A DNA stretch of 63,707 bases, filler included, from Octopus bimaculoides (lineage: Eukaryota): NCBI RefSeq assembly GCF_001194135.2. It is 4 parts of 4 records of this genome, joined end to end, with 100 filler letters (N's around TTAATTAATTAA, not from the genome) between each part and the next. Parts side by side here need not be neighbours in the genome. Positions count along the whole stretch, not along the records: positions 30,838 to 60,490 come from NC_069004.1; positions 60,591 to 61,729 come from NC_068987.1; positions 61,830 to 63,707 come from NW_026312262.1; 1 more part is not named here. One strand, written 5' to 3'. The translations under genes were made by a program, and so were the position numbers. The notes beneath the pieces were generated by a model. It had not been told where the DNA came from. It saw only the letters and a list, made by a program, of their open reading frames with translations, and made no database searches. Shown piece by piece: positions 51,945 to 63,707 of this stretch. Within the stretch, counting starts at the first letter, position 1; each line of letters starts with the position of its first letter.

Positions 51945-52843
51945 CGACGACAATAAAGATGATGTACTAGGAAAAGCAAATTAAAATAAATAAAAAATTC
52001 AGAATGTTTCNNNNNNNNNNNNNNNNNNNNNNNNNNNNNNNNNNNNNNNNNNNNNNNNNNNNNNNNNNNNNNNNNNNNNNNNNNNNNNNNNNNNNNNNNN
52101 NNNNNNNNNNNNNNNNNNNNNNNNNNNNNNNNNNNNNNNNNNNNNNNNNNNNNNNNNNNNNNNNNNNNNNNNNNNNNNNNNNNNNNNNNNNNNNNNNNNN
52201 NNNNNNNNNNNNNNNNNNNNNNNNNNNNNNNNNNNNNNNNNNNNNNNNNNNNNNNNNNNNNNNNNNNNNNNNNNNNNNNNNNNNNNNNNNNNNNNNNNNN
52301 NNNNNNNNNNNNNNNNNNNATTATTATTATTATTATTATTACTGTAGTTCCACTTGGTAAAAAGAAGGTGAGTGTGGAAAAGAGGGAGGTGCTGCCCCTC
52401 CAGATGAATTTGCTGAAAGGTGGGTGAGAGTGGTGAGAATGGCTTCCTGCATATAGGCGGGGGCCAACTCAGGCCGCCAGAGAACACAGTTAGGACAGGG
52501 CACTTGTCGCCAGTAGTCAAGGCAATCCTGGATCTGTGGTGGGGGTCCTTCGATTGGTCTCTAGGTGGTTGTCCCACCCTTATTGGGAAATCCTGTTTCA
52601 TTCATTTCATTTACTCTCGTTTTCCACACGTTTGTTTTTTCATGATCAATTCCGCAAAAACCTTTACACCATTTTTTATTACTTGTCTTTATAAAGTGTC
52701 CTTTATCCATCGCCCTTGAGGCCAATGAAAGAAATTATTATTATTATTTTTATTGTTGTTATTCAATTGAAAAAATAAAACAATAACAACAACTGTATAT
52801 GGATGATTATTATAATATAGTAATTCTTAATCTCTCCTTCCAG

Positions 52844-52993
52844 TTCCGTAGTTTGCCCCACCAGCTTTCTTCACAAGGTCGGCTATCGTATCATATGAGA
52901 CTTCAGAAAGCTCTTGTGCAAACACTTCTACAGCATAATTCTGAAAGTAGAAATGACAAGTTCAGATTAGACCAGAGCAATGTTGAAATATAG
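52844..52993 (+). CDS. Candidate exon (FRSLPHQLSSQGRLSYHMRLQKALVQTLLQHNSESRNDKFRLDQSNVEI*)
   Basis: The acceptor ttcttaatctctccttccAG is in phase 0, compatible with the phase-0 reading of 51534-51641. Confidence 0.4.
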   Translation, partial: FRSLPHQLSSQGRLSYHMRLQKALVQTLLQHNSESRNDKFRLDQSNVEI

Positions 52994-53459
52994 TGAGGTA
53001 GTGAGATATTACATTATAATATAAACAACAAAACCATCAGTGACAACAACGAAATTAAAAGATAGAAAATGAAAAGGACCAAATGGAAGGAGTACCTGAG
53101 TGGGGTCGGTGACTTTGTGCCAGGTATTAAGGGGCTAAAGCAGTGCTTTTCAACCATTCATTATCTATGGACCTCTTTGATTATTATTCTATTCTGGTGG
53201 ATCCCATATCCGTTCAGTGTTTAAAAACTAGTTTTATAGATACTTCTTTTAAATTCCTATTTTACTTATATCACACATACACTTGTGTATGTTAAACCAA
53301 GTAGAGAAACCTAGCTGTTTCTTGCTATAAATACAGCTACCCTGTATTATATATTAGGTTAGATAGAAAGTCCTGGTGCATTTCGAGATGATTGAAAAGA
53401 AACAAATGCTTCTCCAATCTTAATTGATATATTTAATCAAAATAATATTTCCCCTCATT

Positions 53460-54050
53460 GAAATCTGAAATCGAAATTGAACCGAATCCAACAACTGGTA
53501 CCCATGCTAACCTCTCCTTCATTGGGCACTAAACTCTACTTGCGAAGACCTGTTGGGGCAAGTGAAATCGAAATTATAATTGAACCATACTTGATGACTG
53601 GCATGAGCACTAACAGCACTGTCGAGCGTGTTCATTGCCAGAGCAACTGTCTGGCTTCCTTGCCAGTGGCCTGTAAATAGCACCGTTTGAGCATAATCAT
53701 TACCAGCGTTGCCTCCATGGCACTTGTGCTGGTGGCACGTTAGAAAATCATTCAAGCGAGGTCATTGCCAGTGCCGCTAGACTGACTCCTGTGCAAGTGG
53801 CACATAAAAAACACCTTTTTGAGCATGGCTATTGCCAGTACCGTGTGACTGGCCCTCGTGCTGGTGGCACATAAAAGCACCCACTATACTCTCGGAGTGG
53901 TTGGCGTTAGGAATGGCATCCAGCTGTAGAAACTCTGCCAGATCAGATTGGAGCCTGGTGCAGCCTTCTGGTTTGCCAGTCCTCAGTCAAATCGTCCAAC
54001 CCATGCTAGCATGGAAAGCGGACGTTAAACAACGATGATGATGATGAATC
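53460..54050 (+). mobile_element. RTE 3' end (family B), long copy
   Basis: See 50510-51130. Confidence 0.85.
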
Positions 54051-54054
54051 CCAT

Positions 54055-54800
54055 CTATTTGGAAAATTGTTGATTTCTCAGGTATAAAATTCTTCAGGTT
54101 TTGAAGTAAGAAACACCTGTTATCATTTTTCACCCCTTCTCAATTAATGCATTTTACTCTAAATAATGTTGCAATGATCTGAAAAGATGATAATCAAATG
54201 GAGCAAGGTCAGGAGAGTAAGGAGGATGCAGCAAAACCTCCATATTTAGGGCCATAATCGTTTCCTAAGTGACTCGGGCAATATGTGGACCTGCATTATC
54301 ATGTAAGAGAAATGTCCCTTTGCAATTGACCGAAATACTTCTCTGTATTATTTGCTTAACACTTCATGACAGAAGACACCCTTCATATCCCACCAAACAC
54401 AGAACATAACATTCTCAGGTATAGTCTTTGTTTAGGGATGAATTCTCTTTGTCATTGGGTGCTAAGCATTATCATTTCCATTAAATATGGTTGTAGGGAC
54501 CCATTTTTCATCCCTTGTGATGATTCTACCAGAGAAAGGCTCTGTAATGAGTCTATTCCTCAATGACAAGCAAAGAGCAACTCTTTGACTAAGCTGTGAA
54601 GCAGTCTGATGATGAGTGACACGTTGATCAAGGTTTTTCATGATTGAAATGTGACGTGAGTTGAACTGTTTCACTAATTCTCATGCAATTTGCTTTGGAT
54701 TTTCCTCAGCTACAGTTTTTCAGAAACTCTTGGTCGTTCAGATTAAGAGGAATCAGCAAGAGAAAAATTTCCTGAACAAAACTAGCAAAACCATCGTAGG
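54055..54800 (-). mobile_element. Mariner transposase remnant
   Basis: EPFSGRIITRDEKWV and VLLHPPYSPDLAPFDYHLFRSLQ (mariner DD34D motifs), with stops and frameshifts. Confidence 0.9.
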
Positions 54801-55002
54801 CATGTTCAAACTCTTAAAGCTTCAATTCTATACTAGCATGGAAACAAAGACGTTCAACAAATGAAAAAAAACAAATGAATGAAAGAACAAACAAATAAAA
54901 AAACAAACAAATGAAAGAATAAACATAATGATTTTGGATAATCAGAAACTAGTTTACATTACAAATAGCTAGAAGTTCTATGGATAGAACATGTATGTTC
55001 TT

Positions 55003-55042
55003 TCTCTGATGAAAGTAAAAGAAGACTAGAAACTAGTTATAT
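55003..55042 (+). ncRNA. Minimal hammerhead motif (copy 1 of a pair)
   Basis: tct-CTGATGA-a-agt..act-a-GAA-ACTAGT-T, with a palindromic stem III. Confidence 0.5.
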
Positions 55043-55049
55043 CAATCCT

Positions 55050-55480
55050 ACTTTTTCTGTCTTGTTTTCTGTCTTAAGCCCAGGCCATTGAAAACATTCC
55101 TCCATTGTTCCCAATTCTGGGCTCCCCTTTTCCACTTCTCTCCATCTGGTCCTTTGCTTTTTCAGCTTTGTCTCAGTATCCTACCTTCAGCTATTTTTAG
55201 GGCATCTTCTCTTCCTTTTCCTTTGTAGATACCAGGTCAGGGCCTGATGTATAATGCAGTATGTTGACTCCCTCAATGTGTCGCTTATCTATCCCAAATA
55301 CTCTTCAGAACCTGTTCTTCCACTGGCACCTGCCCACCATATCCACCTCTGCTACACCTCTACATTTCTTACCTAACCATCTAATTTAAGAAATACACCT
55401 CAGACCATTGTTTATGAAAGTCTGTATCTTCTTCAATTTCCTTTTAGTCTTTCCCATGTCTCTGATCCATAGAGGAGGAT
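55050..55480 (-). mobile_element. RTE LINE RT C-terminal fragment (a second RTE family)
   Basis: Decayed ETW...IHQALTWYLQRKRKRRCPKNS, corresponding to the RTE motif QALTWNPQGKRKRGRPKNTW. Confidence 0.75.
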
Positions 55481-55542
55481 GGATTTCATATTAGAGTTGA
55501 AGATACAGCATTTACTTTTCTGTCTACAGAGATATAAAGTTC

Positions 55543-56262
55543 GGATCTATTTTAAAACGGGGGCGCCAGTTTTCATTTATGTTTTATGTAGTGTTTTTGG
55601 TACGGAAAGACTTTCAAACTTTGTATACTTATCTATTTTGTGTTATAGAACAGAAAAATATTTTTGTATTCGAATTTATTTCATGTAAAAAATTGTCTTA
55701 TTTCGATAATTTCTACTAATCACTGACGTCTATTCAGTTGAAAACAGTTCGCGCTGTAACGGTGTATATTGTATTAATCCCCTAACCCTAACCCTAACTA
55801 GACTGTTAACCGTAACCGTAACCCTAACCCTAACCCTAAAACTAACCCTAACTCTAGANNNNNNNNNNNNNNNNNNNNNNNNNNNNNNNNNNNNNNNNNN
55901 NNNNNNNNNCGAACTCTAAAATTGTTACACACATAGATACGCACAGCGTAATTTATTATATAAACAATATATGCATATAAATTACGATTAAACCGGATGA
56001 AATATGTCACAGGGAATAACATTTTTATGACCGCCCAGCAGTAACTCTATTGAGCTGAATAGACGTCAGTGATTGGTTGAAATTACAGAAATACGACAAC
56101 TTTAACATGGAATAACTTGCGAATTCCTTTTTTTTGTTAAGAAGACTAAGAGTAAAAGATGTTTTATATGACACATTCTACCAGTGTCCCAAGTTTCAAA
56201 GTGTTTCGTTAGTGTTTCGTTAAGAAAATACTGGCGCCCCCCCCCCGTTTTAAAATAGATCC
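55543..56262. mobile_element. Non-autonomous DNA transposon (MITE), Merlin-like, with internal (CCCTAA)n
   Basis: TIRs ggatctattttaaaacgg(g)ncgccagt, an 8-bp TSD taaagttc (55535-55542, 56263-56270), a second internal inverted 20-mer (55718-55737/56055-56074) and telomere-like repeats at ~55780-55855. Confidence 0.85.
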
Positions 56263-56289
56263 TAAAGTTCTATGAATGACCAATTTTTG

Positions 56290-56720
56290 GTAAGAAGTTT
56301 GCTTCTAAACCACATGGTTCTGGGTTCAGTGCCACTGTGTGGCACCTAGGTCAAGTGTCTTCTACTATAGCCTCAGGCTGACCAAAGTCTGTGGATTTGG
56401 TAGATAGAAACAGAAAGCAGTCTGTTGTATGTGTGTGTGCGTGCGTGTGTGTATGAGAGAGAGTGTGTATGTGTGTGGGTTTGTTCATGCATGTGTGTGT
56501 GTGTGCTTGTGACACTATTTGTCTCCCACCACTGCTTCACAGCTGTTGTTAGTTTGTTTACATCTCCGTAACTTAGTGGTTTGGCAAAAGAGACCAATAG
56601 AATAAATACCAGGCCATAAAAAAAAAATAGCAATGGGAGCAATTCATTCAACTAAAAATTCTTCAAGGTGGTGCCCCAGCATGGCCACAGTGTAATGACT
56701 GAAACAAGTAAAAGATAAAT
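56290..56720 (+). mobile_element. SINE family A, CpG-decayed
   Basis: Diagnostic blocks present. Confidence 0.85.
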
Positions 56721-56774
56721 GATAGATCCATTATAAATAGCTATAAGTTATATGGACAGAATATGGATGTTCTT

Positions 56775-56813
56775 TCTCTGATGAAAGTCTAAGAAAGCTA
56801 GAAACTAATTAGA
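56775..56813 (+). ncRNA. Minimal hammerhead motif (copy 2 of a pair)
   Basis: tct-CTGATGA-aagtctaagaaagcta-GAA-ACTAAT-T-aga, in the same ~100-bp context as 54955-55065. Confidence 0.45.
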
Positions 56814-56869
56814 TCAATTTCACTTTTTCTGTCTTCTGAGAGATAATATCATAGACATTATCTCTCAGA

Positions 56870-57218
56870 TAATAGTTCTCAACCATTTTTTTTTATCCTT
56901 GGACCCCTTTGATTACTATTTTATTCTGGTGGCCCCCCATGGCCATTCAGGGTTTAGAAACTAGTTTTATAGATAGTTCTTTCAAAATTCCTATTTTGTT
57001 TTTCATACATTCACTTGCATAGGTTTGTCTGGGAGAATATGTTTCAGTGGCTGGAAACATGTTAAAATCTATGTAAAACATTAGAGAAAGAAACTGAGCT
57101 GTTTCTTGCAACAAACATACATAAAAGCAAAAGTTATTCATGGACCTTTGAAATATTGCAGTGGATCACCAATTTGCCCCTGCCCAAATCTTATATGGAC
57201 TTTGGTTGAGAACCACTG
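56870..57218. mobile_element. hAT-like MITE
   Basis: Termini are (t)aatagttctcaacc...ggttgagaaccactg. Partial relatives start at 32234 and ~53140. The TSD is not preserved. Confidence 0.6.
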
Positions 57219-57834
57219 GCCTATAATGTAACCACTTTGTTTACTATTCACAGCAAAGCTAAAAATGCATGTTTCTTTGGAATTAGGAAAGGTGTATACC
57301 TTACATTTCAAACAATGACATCAAAGTCATTCAGCTCAAAGAGTTAGTTGGCACCATTAATTGCCCTGCCAATCTTACAAGTACTTGGATGTCAAATACA
57401 GCAATTAGAAACACTCTATCTATCTGTTTGTACCGACCAACCTCAACCGAAATGAGGGAATATATTTATTCCTGCCAAACTCATGACATTTTAGAAATAT
57501 GGTAATTTTCTCAGGGGTGGGAAGGGGTTGTAAGGNNNNNNNNNNGATGGCAGGGCGAATTTGTTAAAAAAAAAAAAAACGTGGTCCCCATTCTGTCTCT
57601 GGTGTCCTGTCTGTCAATTTGTCAGCTCATCTCTGTCCGTGTGTCTCCCCATTGGTATCAGTCAGCCTATTTCTCTCCTCTCTTTATCTCTTTCTCTCAG
57701 TTCTTTTCTTTCTTGTTCTCTCTCTCTTTATTTTTGCTCTCTTCCTTTCTTACTCTCTCTCTCTCTCTTTCTCTGTCTCTCTTTCTATCTATCTCTCTCT
57801 CTCTCTCTGTATATATATATATATTTACTCTTTT

Positions 57835-58205
57835 ACTCTTTCACTTGTTTCAGTCATTTGACTGCGGCCATGCTGGAGCACCACCTTTAGTCGAGCAAAT
57901 CGACCCCAGGACTTATTCTTTGGAAGCCTAGTACTTATTGTATCAGTCTCTTTTGCCAAACCGCTAAGTGACGGGGACATAAACACACCAGCATCGGTTG
58001 TCAAGCAATGCTAGGGGGACAAACACAGACACACAAACACACACACACATATATATATATATACATATACATATATACGATGAGCTTCTTTCAGTTTCCG
58101 TCTACCAAATCCACTCACAAGGCTTTGGTCGGCCCGAGGCTATAGTAGAAGACACTTTCCCAAGATGCCACGCAGTGGGACTGAACCCGGAACCATGTGG
58201 TTGGT
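57835..58205 (-). mobile_element. SINE family A, young copy
   Basis: Near-complete diagnostic blocks with most CpGs retained. Confidence 0.9.
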
Positions 58206-59339
58206 NNNNNNNNNNNNNNNNNNNNNNNNNNNNNNNNNNNNNNNNNNNNNNNNNNNNNNNNNNNNNNNNNNNNNNNNNNNNNNNNNNNNNNNNNNNNNNN
58301 NNNNNNNNNNNNNNNNNNNNNNNNNNNNNNNNNNNNNNNNNNNNNNNNNNNNNNNNNNNNNNNNNNNNNNNNNNNNNNNNNNNNNNNNNNNNNNNNNNNN
58401 NNNNNNNNNNNNNNNNNNNNNNNNNNNNNNNNNNNNNNNNNNNNNNNNNNNNNNNNNNNNNNNNNNNNNNNNNNNNNNNNNNNNNNNNNNNNNNNNNNNN
58501 NNNNNNNNNNNNNNNNNNNNNNNNNNNNNNNNNNNNNNNNNNNNNNNNNNNNNNNNNNNNNNNNNNNNNNNNNNNNNNNNNNNNNNNNNNNNNNNNNNNN
58601 NNNNNNNNNNNNNNNNNNNNNNNNNNNNNNNNNNNNNNNTTTTACAATTAAATGTTATCAGGAATTGTATAAAAAATTGCTAAATATTTTTTGTATTGTA
58701 GATGTGTGACTAATACAACATCAATTTTACAGGCCTCAGATATAGCACAAAAAAATTAAAATTAATGAAACTTAGGGATAAAAAAACAGTCGAAAAACAA
58801 GACTGGTCCTTTTGGTCATTTTTATTACCATTCAGCCATACTTTTCAAAAAAGAAAAAAGGAAAAACTTAGTGAATGATGTAAGCAAGAAGAATTCCAGT
58901 GAGGTCTCTCTGTGGCTTCTGTTCTGATGGATGGGTAATAACAGGGTGCATAGACAACAGAGTGTAAATGACTTGGGAGAAAAACTGGGTATATATTGAA
59001 AGAGAGCCTCTTCATGCTAGATTGCTGGGAGGTGGGGGCCTCTCTTCATTGAGCACTCCATTACCTTTCACCAGAGGTGGGGGGAGGGCAATATCAAGGG
59101 TGGGGCTGAGGCAATTGCTCCCTTCACCCACCAATAGATTCAACCCTGCTTGTGGAACACCAGATTAAAACCAGCATGGGTCAGAGAGATCTTCATCAGC
59201 ACACTTGGTCTCCTATTGTAATTTCCTTCATATGGGAATATTAGGACGACTCTTGATGAGGGTGATTTGAAGAGAATTTGGCTTCTATTTCTAGCAAGGT
59301 GATCAACAATGGGGCTTCTTTTGTCTTATGTCTTTTATC

Positions 59340-59700
59340 TTTTCTCTTTTACTTGTTTCAGTCGTTGGACTGTGGTCATGCTGGGGCACTGCCTTGAAGG
59401 GTTTACTCAAGCAAATTGCCCCTCCTCCATCAGTACATATTTATGAAAGTCTAGTACTCATTCTGTTGGGTTCTTTTGCTGAACTGCTAAGTTATGGGGA
59501 CATAAACAAACCAACACTGATCGTTAACCCCATCACATGCACACACACACAACAGTTTCTACACAGTTTCTGTCTACCAGATTCACTCACAAGGCTCTGG
59601 TCATTCTGGGGTGATAGTAAAACACTGTTACCCAGGGTGCCACATAGTGGGACTGAACTCAGAAGCATATGGTTTTCAGGCACGTTTCTTAATCACATAA
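59340..59700 (-). mobile_element. SINE family A, CpG-decayed
   Basis: Accounts for most of ORF 59328-59993. Confidence 0.8.
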
Positions 59701-59995
59701 CCATACTTGCATCTGGGAATATTAAAACAACCCTTCGGTTGCTTGAGGAGAATTTAAGTGATGTTTCTAAGAGGGCAAGCTATAATGAGGCTTCCATCAT
59801 TATGCACGAACGTATCTATTTGTTTGGCTGTCTATATTTGTTCATTTATGTAAACCTTCCTTCCTTTAATTATACTCACTCCCTCCCTTTGTTTCTTTGC
59901 ATTTTTCTATCTTTATTTCCCTTCCTTTTATACCTAAACTATTTCAGGACTTCTAGTGCCAATCCCCCACACCAATCATTCTTTCCTTTATAAAG

Positions 59996-60252
59996 TATGC
60001 AGCAAGAGAAACCAGTTAAAAACGACAGTTAAAAGAACAATTATATTGACACAGTACAATGAGACAGAAGAGGTGCAGGGAGGGGAGGTAAGCCAGCTTG
60101 TTAACCTCTGTGACATATATTTGTTTTACATTGCTTTATATAAATAGCTTTGCTGTTTACAGGTTTTCCAACGAGCCCCTTGCTGGTTCACAACAGCATT
60201 TGTGAGGGTGAAAGCAAGAGAGCAACTATGCAACTTAACAGCACAATCATAA
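59996..60252 (+). CDS. Candidate exon pair (59996-60087, 60163-60252) around a 75-nt intron
   Basis: The donor is GAG|GTAAGC and the acceptor ttgctgtttacAG. The product is CSKRNQLKTTVKRTIILTQYNETEEVQGGE|VFQRAPCWFTTAFVRVKAREQLCNLTAQS*. Confidence 0.35.
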
Positions 60253-60448
60253 CACAACTCATTTTACTTCAAAAGTGCTGATGCATTGGTTTTCTTGCTT
60301 CTGTTTATATTTCCTGCTAATATGTGTGTGTGTGAAAGATACACACACACACACACACAAACACACACATGTATTTATGTATGCATGTATTTGTATGTGA
60401 CTTCTACTCTAGCCTTGGACTGACCAAAGCCCTGTGAGTTGATTTGGT

Positions 60449-60490
<42 letters not shown>

Positions 60491-60590
60491 NNNNNNNNNN
60501 NNNNNNNNNNNNNNNNNNNNNNNNNNNNNNNNNNTTAATTAATTAANNNNNNNNNNNNNNNNNNNNNNNNNNNNNNNNNNNNNNNNNNNN

Positions 60591-61041
60591 TTCATGGCAG
60601 AATTAATAGTCAAGACTCTTTAAGCATTTTGTCTGATCAAATTCCTCATAAGGTTGCGGAACTGTTTCCGGAGGGAAAGGCAATCTTTCAGGATGATAAT
60701 GTACCGATTCACACAGCTAAAGTTGTTACTAAATGGCACGTGGAACATTGTAGTGAAGTTGACCATCTTATCTGGCCACCACAGTCTCCAGATCTCAATA
60801 TTATCGAACATTTATTGTGCATTTTAGAAACACAAGGAATTGATATCCTCCACCATCATCACTATAAGAGACTTTTTAGCTGAAGAATGGACGAAAATTC
60901 CTTTGGAAACAATTCAAACTTTGTACGAGTGCATACCTCGTAGACTTCAAGCTATAATTACTGTCAAAGGCGGCCCTACCCCATATTAAAATAAATTTGT
61001 GTGAAATTTTAAGGTGTTCCCATTATTTTGTCTAACCCCTG
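60591..61041 (+). mobile_element. Tc1-like transposon 3' part
   Basis: FQDDNVPIHTAK and WPPQSPDLNIIEHL (DD34E motifs). It ends in the TIR ...cattattttgtctaacccctg followed by TA. Confidence 0.9.
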
Positions 61042-61517
61042 TATATATATATATATATATATATACAGGGTCCCGCAAAGACGCGTTGTGTACCTGTCGT
61101 GAAATCCCTACATCCGTAACAGAATGAATTTGCCTTGTTGATGCATCCTCGATGTTTTGAAGTGCCTGAAATCATTGTAAAGATATGTATGTTTCACAAA
61201 AATCTGGAAAAGAAAATAAAAATGGATCATATATATGGTTACGTGAATTGTCGCAAAATCATAATAATGTATATCTTAAAAACTAAAGGTGATAAATGAA
61301 AAGTGGTTTTGTATCTGAAATAAGCACACCACAGTTTGGCTAGAACAACTATTTTTATGATTGCCTCAATTTCTTTGTTAACCAGTGTAATTAACAACCA
61401 AGTATCAAAGCTTATAATGTGCGGAAAGAGACCCTGTGAGACCTCTGACGGCAGGTTGCTGTCCGCTCTCACAGAATCTACCAGAACAAACAAGAACGAA
61501 CGTTCTGAGAAGTAAAA

Positions 61518-61575
<58 letters not shown>

Positions 61576-61581
61576 GCTGCT

Positions 61582-61618
<37 letters not shown>

Positions 61619-61621
61619 CTA

Positions 61622-61678
<57 letters not shown>

Positions 61679-61695
61679 ATAATAATAATAATTGT
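61518..61695. repeat. (CTA)n/(CTG)n/(AAT)n compound microsatellite
   Basis: Direct inspection. Confidence 0.95.
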
Positions 61696-61879
61696 ATAAG
61701 AGAAACAAATACTGTCAGATCATTGATGTNNNNNNNNNNNNNNNNNNNNNNNNNNNNNNNNNNNNNNNNNNNNTTAATTAATTAANNNNNNNNNNNNNNN
61801 NNNNNNNNNNNNNNNNNNNNNNNNNNNNNTATATATATATATTCATATACATTCATGTATAAATAGATTAACATATATG

Positions 61880-62270
61880 TGCAGGCGCAGGGTGTGTGGT
61901 AAGAAACTTGCTTCCCAGCCACATGATACCGATTTCAATCCCAGTGTATGGCATGTTCGGCACATCTGTTCTAGTACAGCCTCAGGCCTATCAAATACAT
62001 TTTTGTAGATTTGGTTGCTAGGAAACTGAAGGAAGCCTGTCGAATATCTACATCTATGAGCGTGCGTGTGTTTGTGTCTTCCCCCCACCACTACTTGACA
62101 ACCGGTGTTAGTGTGTTTACATCTCTCTAAACTATTGGTTCGTCCAGATGAGGACGATAGAATAAGTGCAAGGCCTATCAAATGATACGTGCTAGGATCG
62201 ATTAATTCGGTTAAAATTTCTCCGAGCCAGTGTCCCACCATAGCCGCAGTTTTGTAACTGAAAAAGTACA
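61880..62270 (+). mobile_element. SINE family A, old but CpG-retaining
   Basis: Diverged diagnostic blocks. Confidence 0.75.
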
Positions 62271-62312
62271 GGATAAAACTTGCACAAAATTACCTAAATG
62301 TATATATGAGCA

Positions 62313-62351
<39 letters not shown>

Positions 62352-63052
62352 GTACATATATATATATATATATANNNNNNNNNNNNNNNNNNNNNNNNNN
62401 NNNNNNNNNNNNNNNNNNNNNNNNNNNNNNNNNNNNNNNNNNNNNNNNNNNNNNNNNNNNNNNNNNNNNNNNNNNNNNNNNNNNNNNNNNNNNNNNNNNN
62501 NNNNNNNNNNNNNNNNNNNNNNNNNNNNNNNNNNNNNNNNNNNNNNNNNNNNNNNNNNNNNNNNNNNNNNNNNNNNNNNNNNNNNNNNNNNNNNNNNNNN
62601 NNNNNNNNNNNNNNNNNNNNNNNNNNNNNNNNNNNNNNNNNNNNNNNNNNNNNNNNNNNNNNNNNNNNNNNNNNNNNNNNNNNNNNNNNNNNNNNNNNNN
62701 NNNNNNNNNNNNNNNNNNNNNNNNNNNNNNNNNNNNNNNNNNNNNNNNNNNNTATATATATACACATATATATATATACAGAGAGAGAGAGAGAGAGACA
62801 CTTGCACGTGCATAAGTATGTCCGCATGCATTTGAATGTATATGACTAAGTATTTGTGTGTGTATTTGTATGTGTGTCTGCGTATGTGTTTGATTGTGTT
62901 TTGTGCATAAGAACATGGTAGAGTACTTTGTTCCATAGAATCTATGCGTTTTAAGTTGAAACAACACTGATAGCAGTATCGGTACCATATCTATTCGATA
63001 TACTATACCATCAGACTACTGAAGAAGAACTTTATTTCTTTACACACACACA

Positions 63053-63100
<48 letters not shown>

Positions 63101-63125
63101 TACACACACACACTCTTTCTCTCTC

Positions 63126-63192
<67 letters not shown>

Positions 63193-63348
63193 GAATGTAT
63201 TCGAACTTGAGAGGCCTAGAATTTTGGATAATGGCATAATAGCAAAGATGAAAATTAACTTTGTTGCAAAGCTGCATAATTTATTTTTGAATAACCAGAC
63301 GGACAGTCATTCAAATACATACATACATACATACATACATACATGCAC

Positions 63349-63431
<83 letters not shown>

Positions 63432-63489
63432 TATATATATGTGAGTTATGTAAGTGTGTATATATACGTGTGTGCGCTGGTGATTGTTC

Positions 63490-63700
63490 ATGTGTCTGTG
63501 TGTGTGTATGTCTGTGTTTGTCGGCCCAACATCAATTGACAACCAATGTTGGTCTATTTACGCACCCGTACCCTAGCGGTTCGGCAAAATTCATCGATAA
63601 TATAAGTACAAGGCTTAGAAAGAATAAGTCTTCACGTCGATTTCTGCGGTGCTCCAGTGTGGCTGCAGTCAAATAACTGAAACAAGTAAGAGAATAGAGA
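63490..63700 (+). mobile_element. SINE family A 3' half, CpG-retaining
   Basis: ccctagcggttcggcaaaa...aactgaaacaagtaa. Confidence 0.8.
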
Positions 63701-63707
63701 ATCATAT

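Noticed and set aside
55780-55860. Telomeric repeats as evidence of a chromosome end or fusion
   Set aside because: They are internal to a TIR/TSD-bounded transposon.
59328-59993. 221-aa ORF
   Set aside because: Mostly an antisense SINE copy plus pyrimidine-rich sequence.

Overview
This is repeat-dominated metazoan nuclear DNA, almost certainly from an octopus. That call is inferred from the tRNA-derived SINE families, the RTE LINEs and the extreme (TA)n/(CA)n/(GAT)n load. There is no intact, recognisable protein-coding gene, and most six-frame ORFs are microsatellite or N-gap artefacts. The recognisable content is decayed mobile DNA: three RTE LINE pieces, at least seven Penelope-like (PLE) fragments, a REL-endonuclease non-LTR fragment, a Helitron Rep fragment, mariner and Tc1 transposase remnants, a Merlin-like MITE carrying telomeric repeats, a candidate solo LTR and dozens of SINEs. 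The most notable signal is a set of hammerhead ribozyme (HHR) motifs from several unrelated sequence families. Two stand out: an apparently intact HHR inside a ~450-bp foldback (40.5-41 kb) and a tRNA-Ser-headed SINE ending in an HHR (9 kb). The block 30.8-60.5 kb is strongly CpG-depleted, which suggests a methylated gene body, and it holds several plausible but unassigned exons. Three artificial 100-bp N44-TTAATTAATTAA-N44 linkers show the window is a mosaic of joined scaffolds.
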